From the NCBI GenBank assembly GCA_964658305.1, contig OZ210884.1, forward strand, positions 2,666,001 through 2,730,000: a stretch of DNA of 64,000 nucleotides, given 5' to 3'. The stretch comes from Leptogorgia sarmentosa (taxonomy: Eukaryota). Position 1 is the stretch's first letter. Every line of letters starts with the position of its first letter. Below the pieces are notes generated by a model, which saw only the letters and a program-made list of their open reading frames with translations, was not told the origin of the DNA and did no database searches. This document shows, piece by piece, positions 11,501-24,330 of the stretch. Both the position numbers and the translations under genes were made by a program.

Positions 11501-12714
11501 CGGAATTAAAAAGAGATAAAATTACACAACATGCAACAGAAAATGCTGTGGAAAACCTCTAGGCAAGATTTTAAATTTAAAATTGTTTATATTGTATTGT
11601 TTTTTACTCGCAAAATAGAATCGTCCCCGAGCCACGGCGTGAAGCGCCGTCCGGGCGTAGGGTAATAATTCCGCATAGCGAGTTCAAAGTTACTCGATTT
11701 GGCGGCCATTTTGGGTCATCGTCGAAGGGTGGTCACCACTGATCTCAAAATTATGGTGGACTACTGGACTATCATGAAGAGCCAAAGCTTTTTAAAGCTT
11801 TTGGGCCTTTGGAAGGGCGAAAACAAAGACAAGACCTACGCTGTAAGACTTGGAAAGCCTTCTCAGAAGATATAAAACGCTGAGAAAGGGAACAAACGAC
11901 TACGGATTGAAACACAAGATAAGTTCGCCAATAGGTTGCCGGCAGTGAACTTTGTTTTGCATATTTACTATCTACAGTCTACTATTTGTATGAAAGGTCG
12001 CCGTAGCCGCATTTAATCTGTTCACGGCTCAATTCCAGAGTATAAGTTTATCATTTTAAAGGCAAGACTTCACAAAATATTTACAAACTTTACTCCAAAA
12101 GAACGCGAGCGAACTCGGCCTGGAAATTTTTTCATATCAAAGACTGACTTATTTAAACCGTTTTATGCAAATAAATGCAGTATTTCGCCCCAAATTCAAG
12201 TTTATATTAGTCCTAATAGCGTACGGATAACAAATGGTTCTCGAAATTTAAAAAAAATGCCAATAAAAAAAAGATAAAAGCTGATATTTGACAGTTTTCA
12301 AAAAATTACGGAAATATGAATTTCCGATCGTGTTGCCATGACAACAACCTCAGGCAGCCTTCGAAGTACTTCATGTTCCTAGTTGCATTAATTGGTTAGT
12401 AAGGCGAGGGGTTGCTGCATGTATGTATTTCTAGTATACGAATATATTTTCATTTTTAATTCGTCGTTATATGACAAAACACTTGAGGCCTCTTTCGAAA
12501 AAACAAATGTAACTATATAATCTAGTTCCCTTGCGAGCAGTCATCAAGTGTATTATAATTTTACCGTCTGATGGGCAGGCAACATTTTCGATTGTAAATC
12601 CGTCCACCTTAAAGATCCAGGAACCAGGCCGAATTTGGCAGTTTGATGTCGAAGCGATGTCCATAATAGCAGCAGTGCGAGAGTCTGGAAGGCTGTAATA
12701 ACGAATTCCATCAC
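8556..12714 (-). CDS. NIDO (C-terminal part) + fibrinogen-like/USOMP5-like domain extracellular protein. Exons 12714-12565, 11026-10972, 9996-9852, 9491-9167, 8722-8556; 5' exons not found
   Basis: All five exons have AG acceptors, the four internal ones have GT donors, and phases are compatible (1-1, 1-2, 2-0, 0-1, 1-stop). GDGIRYYSLPDSRTAAIMDIASTSNCQIRPGSWIFKVD matches the NIDO C-terminus. DCVEAHRTSCDARSGNYRI..LC..GNGWTFV is fibrinogen-N-like. FQEGCFEIGFN..QARIGVVTKNNTDC..AIGIG resembles the coral skeletal-matrix USOMP5-like domain. Confidence 0.75.
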
Positions 12715-13404
12715 CTGCGTTGAAACCAATCTAAAAGTCAAATTATTTGTATATAATTCATATAGCAACAGAATGTGTTTTCAAGTTGAATATCAAAAAG
12801 AAAAAAATAGTTTAAATACATCCTACGTAATTCTACGAGAGGAATCAAGGGAGATGCCGTTCGTATTTCCTGGAAAGTACTGAATTTATCTTATAGGGCA
12901 AGTAATTTTGTCTCAAATTATATCTCTTCGAAGTAGATGGCCATGCAGCGATTCTGGGCATTACAATATGCTCGAACATTCAAGCAGCAAAGCTATTCAA
13001 ATGCAAATTCCACAGATTTTATGCTTCATTTTGATATGCTTTGTGACGGAGTTCTTTTAGTATGTTGCACGCAATAATAATTATGAAGTATGATTCCGCT
13101 GTTTCTCGTCGTTCTGCTTTTGATTTGAAAAAAGGAAAGCACGTGGATATAAATTCTCTATAGGACGAACAGGAGCTGTATTGACATAATTTATACTACA
13201 TCCATGCACGATTTGATTTGCCTGTTAAGTACGTTTATTCGCTTGAATAGTATGAGATCTTACTTTTCCTATCTTCATCTGGTATACGTTAGTTGTTTTT
13301 ATAGCTTGGAGTCGGGTGAGAGTGAGGTATCTTCAGATCGAAAAAACTAAAGACGAAGTTTAAACTTTGGTCACAAAGTCTTAGAAATAAATTTGCGTTC
13401 GCTA

Positions 13405-13550
13405 AAACGTTAATTGGGGGGGTGCATATTCATATTTTGGCGTTCTGCCGATTGATTTCATAAACAACTGATTTCAAAAGAAATCAGTCGGCAGAACGCC
13501 AAAATATGAATATGTACCCCCCCCAATTAACGTTCTAGCGACGGCCCTGT
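13405..13550. mobile_element. Short palindromic MITE, hAT-like family related to 54148-54319
   Basis: AACGTTAATTGGGGGGGTGCATATTCATATTTTGGCGTTCTGCCGA pairs with TCGGCAGAACGCCAAAATATGAATATGTACCCCCCCAATTAACGTT; the right end is GGCCCTG. Confidence 0.7.
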
Positions 13551-14013
13551 ATTTAGCGTTAGCTTTAGGTTAGGTTCATTTATTGCTTGCAAACCAATAC
13601 TTTAGTGATAGATTTAGGTGCAACCTGGACTCTTTAGCATGGCACATCCGACGACTCATCCGTCAGTTCTGCTTCACCATTCGCAGATACATGTCGCTTT
13701 GCGAACCTATTTTTATATATATGTATGTGTTCACAATGTAAATGATATGTGTGGGCTAGTAACACCAAGATCGCGAGTTCGATCTCGCCGCGGTAAAGCA
13801 TTTCCGCTTACCCGGTTATTATAGACGTATCACACTAGATAACATCTAAACATACATATAATTATATACATGAATGTGTTTGAGGAAACATGTCTGGACT
13901 AGTTATGAAGTTTCTTGTAGTGCTTCTTCAGACATAAAATTTATTAAATATTTTCCAAACGTTTCGCCTATTACGGCTTCTTCAGTGGAAATGATTTACA
14001 GTACTAATTCCAT

Positions 14014-14016
<3 letters not shown>

Positions 14017-14058
<42 letters not shown>
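14017..14058. repeat. (TA)n microsatellite
   Basis: Perfect TA dinucleotide run. Confidence 0.95.
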
Positions 14059-14061
<3 letters not shown>

Positions 14062-15301
14062 TGCATGTTAATATCTAATATGCTAAAATGTACGTATTGT
14101 TTATAAAATGCTAAAAACAACTGTTTAGTGTCCTAATAATATTTAACAGGTAAGACCTATATTAATTGTCCTCCCACTACAGCCGTTCATTAATTAAGTG
14201 TCCAGAGTATTTTTGTATTTCGAACGCCTCGATATACTTTCGTTCTTCGTGGTTACCAATATTTGCATGTATAATGTTCCAAGTTATTAGCGGTAATTTA
14301 ACGGCATAGCGTGAGAAAGGCTAATTAATAAGAAACACTTGTTTCTGAAGCCCGTTTTCCACTCACATATTTCGCCGCCGCTGGCGGAAAACTTCCCAAA
14401 CACAAAATTTAATCCGTTGTTCTTTCGCCCTATCAACCAAAGGTCTGACAAAAGTTGAACATTTTCAACAACCAGAGAGGCGGAACAAATTCCTTCAGGG
14501 AGAAATGAATGCAAAAATTAAACGTGATTTCTTTCTAATTTTTTTTAACGGGCGACGGCGAAATACGTGAGTGGAAAACGATCTTAAGCCATTTTTTTCT
14601 CTCAAAAATAACTAAATTGGAACAAAATCCCTTGAAAAACCGAAAGAATTATACTTTTCTCAAATTAGAAGATGAAGCTTCACTTTTCTGTTTGCTATTT
14701 AAAAAAGGCATAACATCGTGCAAAAGGTCTCTTAAGTTTTCTAAAATTGGAAATATAAATGTACAGGTTTATCAACTGTCTGCTTGGAAAGGGAAAAACT
14801 ATGTTCTTAACAATGACGTAAAGGTAATGGTGATTGGCTAATTTGCGGTCACATAACTGTAATTAAATGCAATGTTGCCCGGCGGGCAACAACTGCCAAC
14901 AAGTAAGCAATTGTAGCCCTCCAGAAAAAGAAAATGACGACTTTATACTCGCAAGTCTAAATGTTATTCAAGTTTTTTAAAGACTACAGAATGTAAATGA
15001 GGCAAAAAATACACAGCAGGCAAAATAACATGCTGTGGAATCCTCCAGGCAAGAATTAAAATTTAATATTGCTCAGTTTGTATTGTATTTATATACAAAA
15101 TACAATTGTTGTTTGAATATAATTATTATCATTATTATTCATCATAATTATTATTATTGTTCTTGGGAATAAGTTAGCGTTCTTTTCTGCGCAACTCAAT
15201 GTTTCCCTCGACTTCGGGAAAACAAAACTAACTATTTTTCTCCAGAGGAGACGTCAAGTGTATAATGTTTGATGACAAAATACGCACGATTTGAACATAA
15301 C

Positions 15302-16183
15302 TTATTGCTCAGATCGAGATTCCGTCAGTCGAGATATTTTCAAGCTTTTGAAAACTTTCAGTCCTTCCTTACGTAAAACTTTGTCCTTCCAAAAAAAGAT
15401 TAAACAATTGAATGTTGAATTCATAGACGCTATTGTCATACACCAGATTGCTGTCAGATTAGAACTATCCAAATTAAGCATTTTATACGTCGAATTCATC
15501 CTCAGTCCAACGTAGACGAACACAGGAATGGACAACGTCACATAACAAGCGACTGCCAGCAAACAGCTTGAAACATTTTTTAACGAAAAAGTATTTTCAA
15601 CGTCAGTACATGTTTGGTTACCTCTACGACTTTTTCTTACTACCATGAGTAGTTTATAGTTGAGAAATAACATTGGAGGAGAAACAATAACAAAAAAAAT
15701 CAAAACATGCACTTGGTATAAAATGACTGAGTCGTTGACAGATATTGATGTCAGGACCACCTCGATGAACAATAATACTGCAAAAATGGTAAAAAGTCTT
15801 CTCTTCGTTACCGATGTTCGATGAAAGATGGGATGTGATGTCGCCAAATATCGATCAAAATTCATCACCAAAAGAGCAATCAACGAAGAAGCAGGAAATA
15901 TATTTGTTGACCTTGAGAAGAAATACGGCCAGCTCGCATTTAAACCAAACTTCCCAGTCATGAACAACATCGCTGTTACAACAGCGAATGAATTTTTAGC
16001 AATGACTCCAAGCAGGTCGCAACACGACAAAACCATTATCATGAAATAGCACAACTTCGTGCGAATCCGCATTGATCTCCAAAAACATATGATAACGACG
16101 GAGTTTAAACATACTCCTGAGAAAAAGAAGAGTAGGTTGGTCAACAATATGAATATCAGGTTGACGAGAAAAGAAGATTCCAT
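15302..16183 (-). CDS. Intronless rhodopsin-like (class A) orphan GPCR, 293 aa
   Basis: Seven hydrophobic segments; TM1 LNS, TM2 LSCCDLL, TM3 MNFDRYLA (DRY motif), TM6 LSIP, TM7 NSTFNCLIFFWKDKVLRKE (degenerate NPxxY plus helix 8). Confidence 0.92.
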   Translation of the reverse strand: MESSFLVNLIFILLTNLLFFFSGVCLNSVVIICFWRSMRIRTKLCYFMIMVLSCCDLLGVIAKNSFAVVTAMLFMTGKFGLNASWPYFFSRSTNIFPASSLIALLVMNFDRYLATSHPIFHRTSVTKRRLFTIFAVLLFIEVVLTSISVNDSVILYQVHVLIFFVIVSPPMLFLNYKLLMVVRKSRRGNQTCTDVENTFSLKNVSSCLLAVACYVTLSIPVFVYVGLRMNSTYKMLNLDSSNLTAIWCMTIASMNSTFNCLIFFWKDKVLRKEGLKVFKSLKISRLTESRSEQ

Positions 16184-19100
16184 CTTTCAACAACTTTTTC
16201 TGAAGACTCGAACGTCAAAATAAGATTGTTGCTAAGGGCATGGAGAAGTTAAAGTGGGTGCGACTGACATGTCTAAGTGGATTTTCTATATTACAATAAA
16301 ATAGAATAATTAAGTTACTGGCCCAAAGAACACAGCACGTGGAAAGCATCGCGCATGGTAGTCGAGTATGATAAATATACCTTTGTTATTCTTGGGAGAA
16401 AATTTCAGCGCAGCATGCAGTGTCGTATTATTTTCCTTGTTGAGGAAAACTTAGCTTTTTCCGAACACTAGAATGCATTTGTGTTGACAAATCGAAAATG
16501 ACTTCCCGTCTCACAACTTCCCATGATGTGCACTCGAAAGTTGGGTTCAAAACGTCAGAATTCGATTTATCACTTCCTATAGCCCAACATATTTATGCTT
16601 AACGGAAAGGTTTAGTATATGTGACTTGCCATTTTCATTCGAATTTTGTGTTATTAAACTATTAAATGAATATAATAGCCTCCTTTTCAAGGAACTTATT
16701 GGTAAATTATAATTATACCCTTAAATAACGCTATTGTGAAGACTGCACGACGATCGAGTATGTGCGATTGATGTCGTTAAGTGGTGAAATGTCAATGATA
16801 CTGGAGTATATGTATATAACTCTCATGGTGTCTTAACTTGCCGTGTTTTTCATATAGCTAATGTTTTATTTGGAAAACTGAGTTTTTTTTATAGATAAAT
16901 ATCGATATGATGCCTCCAATGACAAAGCCCTGTTTGAGCGACTTGAGCACGAAAATGATCACGATATTACGACATACGTCATCATTAGTCATCCTTTTGA
17001 CAATGTTCCAATATTTTTCGTGTATACCCGAGAAACACAAGCACGACTTCAGCAAAATGGCAGGAAAGCTTCATGTTATTGTTAAAGTTTTAAAAGGGCA
17101 AAGTGACGAAGAATTAAATCGAAGTGCTCATGTCACAATACTGTCACAACTCAATGCGTTATCGTCTCTTTATTATAATAATAGGCACGCACGATGCGTG
17201 CATGCGTCTACGTTGATGCCTTGCATTTGAAATTCGCCGTATGATCAGTATATATAATACAAATATAATACAAGTATAATCCCACGAAATAGTTAATGAG
17301 AACCCCGTTTAGAAATCGCTTTACAGAATCTTGGAAATCTCTCCTTGGAAATTAGTCCTTCGAACGAACGTTAGAACAACGCACACTTGCGAAACACGCC
17401 CAAGTAAATCACATACGTCACGAGTTAACTTGCTGAAAGTTCGATACATCGTTTACCTTGAGAGCTCGTGACGTAAAAATACGTCATATTCGTTGTTGAA
17501 ACACAGCCAGCCAGAAATTTTACGCTTACATAGCCTCTACGTTGCTTAGCAACGTAGACGCAAAAATCAAAGCCCAACATAATGCTATATAAGTAGAGCC
17601 ATTAAAAACACAGCTTTAAATTTAAAAAAAAATTACACAGTGACGTTTCGTCTTAACTGAAGACATCTTTAGACAAAATTGATTATATTGCGTATACAAG
17701 TAGAAATTTAACTAACGAGCTAAGGAACCGGTCATTATTTATGGCAGAGGTGAGAGCTGGAGAGAAAATTGTGCGGTAGCCTTTTAACCAGCATGTCTGG
17801 CGTGGGGTAAGAGAAAATCTGAGAAGAATATATGCGTGGGATGAAATATTTCCATGCAATGTTCACCAGTCGGCACCAACTTCCTTGCACTACATTGGAA
17901 CTTGTTCCAGCCTGAATGATTACCCCAGTTATTTTTCAAAGTATTATTTGCAATATTGCTAATGCTCCATTAATATTATTTACAATCTGTTAAAAGTAAA
18001 TTATTCTTTGTATACGAGATGTACTGAAAAAGAAATCGGAATGAATAGTCGTCTCGCCCAACAATCCAGTGTTAGATCTCCGCCTGTAAAAATGCAGGGC
18101 TTCAAGCGGAATTATATTGAATTGCCTTTCCATCCCCTATTTTAGTCGTGGACGATTGTTCAATATATTAAAGGACGCCTGCCTTCTCTATTGCTTAGGA
18201 ACTGTATGCGCTAAAGTTTAGGAAAATGTTCGCTAGATTTTTACATACATCGATATCATAAATTAATTACATTAAACATACAAAACCAAATGGTGCTTGC
18301 CAGAATACAGCAGGATAGCTCAGAATTGAACAATCGATGTCTAAATAAAGATTATTAATATTTACAATCAAGCAAAACTAATATTATTTGGTTGCCACGT
18401 TTGGTCAAGAGTTTTTTTTCCTTCGCAATCAACTTAGTTGCTCGGAAACATAAGTCATTTCCGAGTATCGATAAGTGCACAATTGATTCGCCCTATACAG
18501 GGACTTCTTTTAAGTATTTTCCCGTTGGCGGGGAGCATTGTATGAAAATGCAACGCCAGAAGGGTCTGGGTTGGGGTTAGGTAAAGATCAAACAAGTCGG
18601 TGCCAGTATAAAATCCATATCTTCTCATGCACCACCGTTTAATATCTCCTTTATATAGATATAAATTCGATTCCTAATTCGATTATTTCAAATTGATGTC
18701 AGGAATCTGAATTGATGAAGAATTACAATTGATCAAGACCACTTCCAAGGAAGTTTGAACGAAAGCCAGTTTTTCTCGTGCACTTAATTCTGTTCTATAA
18801 CCTTATTCCCGAGTTCCAATTCGAATTATAATATGAGAAGGTATATTGTAGTATACACATGTTTACTTTCCGGTTAAGTTGGACTTAAAAGACGAAAGCT
18901 GTAAAATCATATAGAATTTTTGTTTTCGTACGAGGAAACCTGCACATGCATGATACAATTAGCTCATTCCTTGTTATGCAATATCCTATTGGGAGCGGGG
19001 TTGCGTTTTAATTTTTTTAAATCGTTTAAAACACCAAGATATTGCGATCTATATTTTGCAACATCAATTTCATACATTTCTTGTTTTGCAGTATTTATAT

Positions 19101-19903
19101 ATGATTTTTGAAACTTGAAGTCATTGCTTTGTCGCTTCCCATTGATTTAATGTCAATATTTATGTCTAATTAGTTACCCAAGACCAGGGTATTCCTGACC
19201 AGTCCATTGTACAAAATAATTGTGCTTTTTACGCCAGTTCATTTCTTTGCAACCATGTTTCATGGCTCATGCTCAATTCGACTTTTGATATCATTCAACT
19301 TAAAATGTAGAGGGTAAGTATAAGGGGCTCTCATTTAGAATACAAAGGATTTTTGAACATTTCAAAACTATATAGCTAAGGGCGATTTGAAAACAATTCT
19401 CGAGACTATTCTAAATATTTCAAATAAATTTCACACGGTACAATTTGCCAATTTCATTAAATCCTTCAGCATGAAACATAATCTGGGTATAATGTGATCT
19501 ATTTCAGGTCGACTTCAATATGGAATTAGCTACCAATGAGTATGAAATAGGGAATACGCAAACAACCTTCTCTCGAATAGTCGACGACGTCAACAATGTA
19601 TTTAATTCGAAGTAATTTACATTGCCTCAAATAGCAACGAAGAGCCCCCCAATTATCGATCTTCCGACGCCACTTATTGTTTTAACAATCACGCAACCAA
19701 GTTATTATTGTCAGCCTAATATGCCAAAAATTCCTATCCTTTCCATGAAACTTCAAAATTCGAAACTTGTTGTTCGACGAATTTGAGTTTTGAGCGCGAA
19801 ATACCTTACATACAAAAAATGGTCGTCGTCTTAATGCATAACAAAACCCCTGGCCACAGCTGAGTAATTAGTGTGCATCCTAGTCTTGCCAAAGGCATGT
19901 TAT

Positions 19904-20321
19904 CAATGGAACGATTGCATAATAGACAAAATTTGAAAAAGATCGAAATAGCACAATTCATAATAACAGCGTGGAAGAGCATCCCAAAGTTAGTAAAATT
20001 GAAGAGTTTGGTTGCGAAATGTTGTAAAGTGCGAGAAATACGCCCCTGTGAATTTTGAAATTTTGTATATTTTAGTATAACGCACGCGAAATTGATACCC
20101 TTTCTCGACAGGGGTATGAATTTGTCGTGCGTAATACTAAAATATATAGCATTTGCAAATTTATAAGGTCATACTGTATCTTGCACATTTTACAACACTT
20201 CGCTCCCGAACTTTGCATTTCTACTAATTATGGGAATGGGGATGCTCTTTAACGCTGTTGTTATGAATTGTACTAATTCGAGATTTTTAAAAATTTTGTC
20301 TATTATGCCATCGGTCCATTG
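19904..20321. mobile_element. MITE with long imperfect inverted arms
   Basis: CAATGGAACGATTGCATAATAGACAAAATTT pairs with AAATTTTGTCTATTATGCCATCGGTCCATTG, and complementarity continues inward. Confidence 0.65.
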
Positions 20322-20530
20322 AAAATAGATCGAACATCAAGGGGGTCATGTAGTTCATTTCTTTGCAACCATGTTTCATTCTCAATTCGAATTTTCATAT
20401 CATTCAACTTAAAATGTAAAGGGTGAGGTATATAAGGGGCTCTCATTTAGAATACAAAGTATTTTTTGAACGTTTCAGAACTATATAGCTAAGGGCGATT
20501 TGTGAACAATTCTCACGACTATCCTAAATA

Positions 20531-21574
20531 CAGGGGGTTGCCAAAAAAAAGAGCCCCCCTATTTATAAAGGGCTTTTTGTGTAACTGTAGACGCACATGC
20601 GGTATGGATAAAATATATTGCCTCACAAGCATTCAACAAATAGTTCGTGCTAAAAGTGATGGGTTTTAGCCAATCTCACTGCAATCAGTGTGAAACTGTT
20701 GCCATCGAGGAAGCAAATGAGAAGAAGGGGCTAAGAAGAAGATAGGTAGAAACCTTCAATATTGGACTCACCCCGTGCTAGACGCGAGTGCTTGGAAAGT
20801 AGCAACGAATATAGACTCAGCTATTCTTGGGCAAAAAGTCGTATAAAGGAAAGTGAGAGTGCTGGATGAATGCCAGGTTCTGGAACACCGCACAAGACAA
20901 GGATTCACGAAGACAGGCTTTTGATGAGAGAGGCTGTTAAGAGATTATCAACTCTCGAATGTTTGCCCAAATATCGCTGACCTCGCACAGCCACTGATAA
21001 AGCGCACATATATGTAACCAAATATCACCATGGACTAAAACGCCGCCTCTGCCAAAATAAACCGAAAAATTTAATTCAAACAATCTTCAGTCCGATTACT
21101 CAATGGAGATAACTTAATATGGCAGCATGACAAGGACTCCCAGGAACGATTCGTATTGTGGAATATTATCTGAGGAATCAATTTTAATTGAAAATTGAAG
21201 TGTTCTTTTGCTAACACAAAGCCCAGACCCCAATCCCATTGAGAATTTGTTACGGAGCCAGAAGAGAAGACTAGATATGAAATATTCATCTCGAATTGAG
21301 GAGTAGTTATTTGAGGAGTCAGGGTTGGAAGAATAACAACCATGAATACGTTCATAAACTTGTCTAGAACATCCTTGGGTGCAGTCCACAGATCATCAAA
21401 GGTTGCGGATATCATATTGCTTACCAAATGTTGTGTTCTTAGAGTGAAATAGGACTATTTCTTTACATCTCATTTGTCGTGCAATCCTTTTTTTACGACA
21501 TAAGGAATATGACTTATATAAACCTTGTTTATTTCTGTGTGAGACAAGGGGGCTCTTTTTTTGGCAACCCCCTG
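20531..21574 (+). mobile_element. Degenerate Tc1-family DNA transposon, 1044 bp
   Basis: TIRs CAGGGGGTTGCCAAAAAAAAGAGCCCCCT / AGGGGGCTCTTTTTTTGGCAACCCCCTG with TA target duplication. Transposase remnants PGSGTPHKTRIHEDRLLMR, LIWQHD and SPDPNPIENL (cf. Tc1 SPDLNPIENLW). The empty site is visible in the paralogous sequence at approx. 19410. Confidence 0.9.
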
Positions 21575-21719
21575 TATTTCACATAAATTAGACCCGGTAC
21601 AATTTGCTAATTTCATTCAATCCTTCAGCATGAAACATAATCTGGGTATAATGTGATCTATTTCGGGTCGACTTCAATATGGAATTACCAATGAGTTTGA
21701 AATAGGGAATACGCAAACA

Positions 21720-24330
21720 ACCTTCTCTCGAATCGTCGACGACGTCAACAATGTATTTAATTCGAAGTAATTTACATTGCCTCAAATAGCAACGAACAAA
21801 TTAACAATCACGCAACTAGCTACAAGTTATTATTATACTGTCTGCCTAATATGCCAAAAATTCCTATCCCTTCCATGGGATCCTTATTTATTAAATAATA
21901 GATCAATTTCTGAAGCCTTTATATTAATTGAACAAGCCGACCAAAAATAGAGTCAAATCTCTGCATTGACCATTTTTGAGCACGTGTCTTACCAATTTGC
22001 CCAACTCTAGTTCATATATAAAGCATTCCTACCTCCTTATAATTCCTCTATAGCATCTTGTTTCGCCATCCTGTTTTATTCTTGAGCCAAAGAGCGAACG
22101 TTTTAGCCCCGTACGTGCATGGGTAGTAATACCGCTCGGCTTTTTTACCCCCGTAAAGACGGAATAGTGGAGTCTGTGATAGCAATTAGAAGAAAAGTCG
22201 ATAATGCTAACGATTTATAATTAAAATTTGCATAGCTGAACCACATTGTTTGGATGCCTTCGTCACTGTTTATATATATCCTCAAAAATCAATCAACGCC
22301 TTCCTTTTGTGACAACCAATTTCAAAGCGAAGTCTCTATCTCTTTATAAGAGTAATATCGAAAATAAAGCATGTTAATATCCAAAGTAAAACAATTGTTG
22401 CTATTTGCTCTGTTTTCTGGAACAATATTCTTCATAGGCCTACATCTATGGCTAAATCCAGATTGGAAGGGACATTATCGCATAACACCTACGAATGAGG
22501 AATCAACCGAAATCCACTTGTTAACCAACTACCCTCTGATGACGGAAAAGCCCTGGAATGAAAATCAAACAGATGCTGACAGGTCCCGATTATGGCAAAG
22601 ACAGCTGGAATTAGAGGAAACCTTACAGAGAAATCTTAACCATACTTTTGTTAAAACTGTACATCTGCTCGTAAATCAACCGTCGGCTCAGCAAAGATTA
22701 AAGAACTTGCCATTCTACAATAAGGATAAAATACTTGTACATCCCATTCATGCGCTACCTAAATATAGGGACTTTTTGGACTACGCAAATGAAAGACTTC
22801 AAAACAAGGTTGTCGCAATGCTAAACATGGATATTTACCTTGGAGAAGGATTCGACAAATTAAATAAAACGTTGATGGTAAAACGGAATATATCATACGC
22901 GTTGACCCGCAGTGGACGGCAGGAGCAAAGGTGTAATATGGCAGGAAAGCGTGGATATTGTAATCAAGGAAGATATATTGGTTCGCACGATGCATATGTA
23001 TTTGTCGTTACGCAACGCATAGCTGAGTCCACTTTGTCTGAGTTGAATTATAACATGAATGTTATGGGGGCAGAAAATGTCTTTATTTGGGTTTTAAAAC
23101 AACGAATGAAAATGAAAGTTCTCAATCCTTGCAAGTACCTAAGAACCTATCACAACCACTGTGTCGATATACATGGTAGTGTTAGACCAAGGATAAACTG
23201 GGGCGGCAAAAGTGGTACTGCCCCTTTCAGCGGCTTATATAAATGAGATGCGATACATAAAATGAATATCGAACACCGCATTCATCTAATTCTTTGTTAA
23301 GTAGATTGTAAATTTAATAAGCAATTCTCGTAGATGTACTGTTGCGCTCTAATAGCAAAAACTCTTATCACAAAACGTTAGTCAAACGAGATTTAGATGG
23401 TTGACCATTAAATATAAGCAATTTAATAATTAGTCATAGAGACGGTTATTTCTAAAACAACATGTTTTAGTAGAATCTATAGTTTATTAAAAGGTGATTA
23501 ATTCATTGATGTTGTCCTTATTTCTGCAGCATTCATTATAAGCTTGTTTTACAACCATAGTTGTCGCTGCAATTTTAGCGTTTTGAGTAATAAAATGAAT
23601 ACATAAGTATACCTGGACATTCCTAAGTGTTTAACCATACGAGCTTAAAACATGCGATTGCATTTCGAGAGGAAATTTTAAAATTCATAGAGAATAGAAG
23701 GCGAAATGGTTGCCTTGATATTCGCTGGCGTTACAAATGGATTTCCTACACTTCTTCGATCAAAACTTTGAATAGAGATCTGACAAAGAGAAGATGTATA
23801 CGCATGTTGCGTAGGCGTTGAGGTTTTTTATTTGTTCACAATGACTTTGCTGCCTATAAATTCTAAGATATTTATCGACGTAAAGAACTTGAGAGTTTAA
23901 ATAAAACATTTTATGCTGACTTACAGCCACCGTTAGCCGAAAATTCGTAGCTGCTTTAAAGCCAATCAGAAAGTGGAAATTTGGCTTAGAGAATTCAACT
24001 GGTGTAATTTCCAGAAGGAATTTGAAAATTGGTAAAGTGGCAGGTCACGATTTTGGCTTGATATTCGCTGCCGTAGGAGGAATTCATATCAAGTGAAATT
24101 AATTGGTACCTGTGAGTCTAGCTCAAACAAGTTCAGTTCTTAATAATAAAATAATTCTCTTCATTAGAAATTACATAGACGTGTCCCAGTGCTAATTTCT
24201 GGCGACTTCTTCTGAAAACATATTATTGAAGTGTTACTATAGTGTCGCTAAAATACGCTTGTTGTAAACATGGCATTATAAATTTACAATTTGGAACAGG
24301 ATTCCACTCAATTCTTCAAAATTCTGAGTG
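21720..24330 (+). repeat. Segmental duplication paired with approx. 58765-61150; partial copies of the flanks at approx. 19235-19750, 20350-20530, 24555-24650, 25065-25530
   Basis: Near-identical non-coding flanks on both sides of the two ORFs, e.g. GTCGACGAC..CAACAATGTATTTAATTCGAAGTAATTTACATTGCC and GCTGCCTATAAATTCTAAGATATTTATCGACG. Confidence 0.9.
22371..23246 (+). CDS. Intronless type-II membrane protein, putative GT-A-like glycosyltransferase (copy 1), 291 aa
   Basis: Short basic N-tail plus a hydrophobic anchor (LLLFALFSGTIFFIGLHLWL), a stem, then motifs RQLELEETLQRNL, VAMLNMDIY (NxD), YALTR, GSHDAYVF, GAEN, LNPC, HNH. An intact paralog lies at 59452. The enzymatic function is inferred. 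Confidence 0.75.
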   Translation: MLISKVKQLLLFALFSGTIFFIGLHLWLNPDWKGHYRITPTNEESTEIHLLTNYPLMTEKPWNENQTDADRSRLWQRQLELEETLQRNLNHTFVKTVHLLVNQPSAQQRLKNLPFYNKDKILVHPIHALPKYRDFLDYANERLQNKVVAMLNMDIYLGEGFDKLNKTLMVKRNISYALTRSGRQEQRCNMAGKRGYCNQGRYIGSHDAYVFVVTQRIAESTLSELNYNMNVMGAENVFIWVLKQRMKMKVLNPCKYLRTYHNHCVDIHGSVRPRINWGGKSGTAPFSGLYK

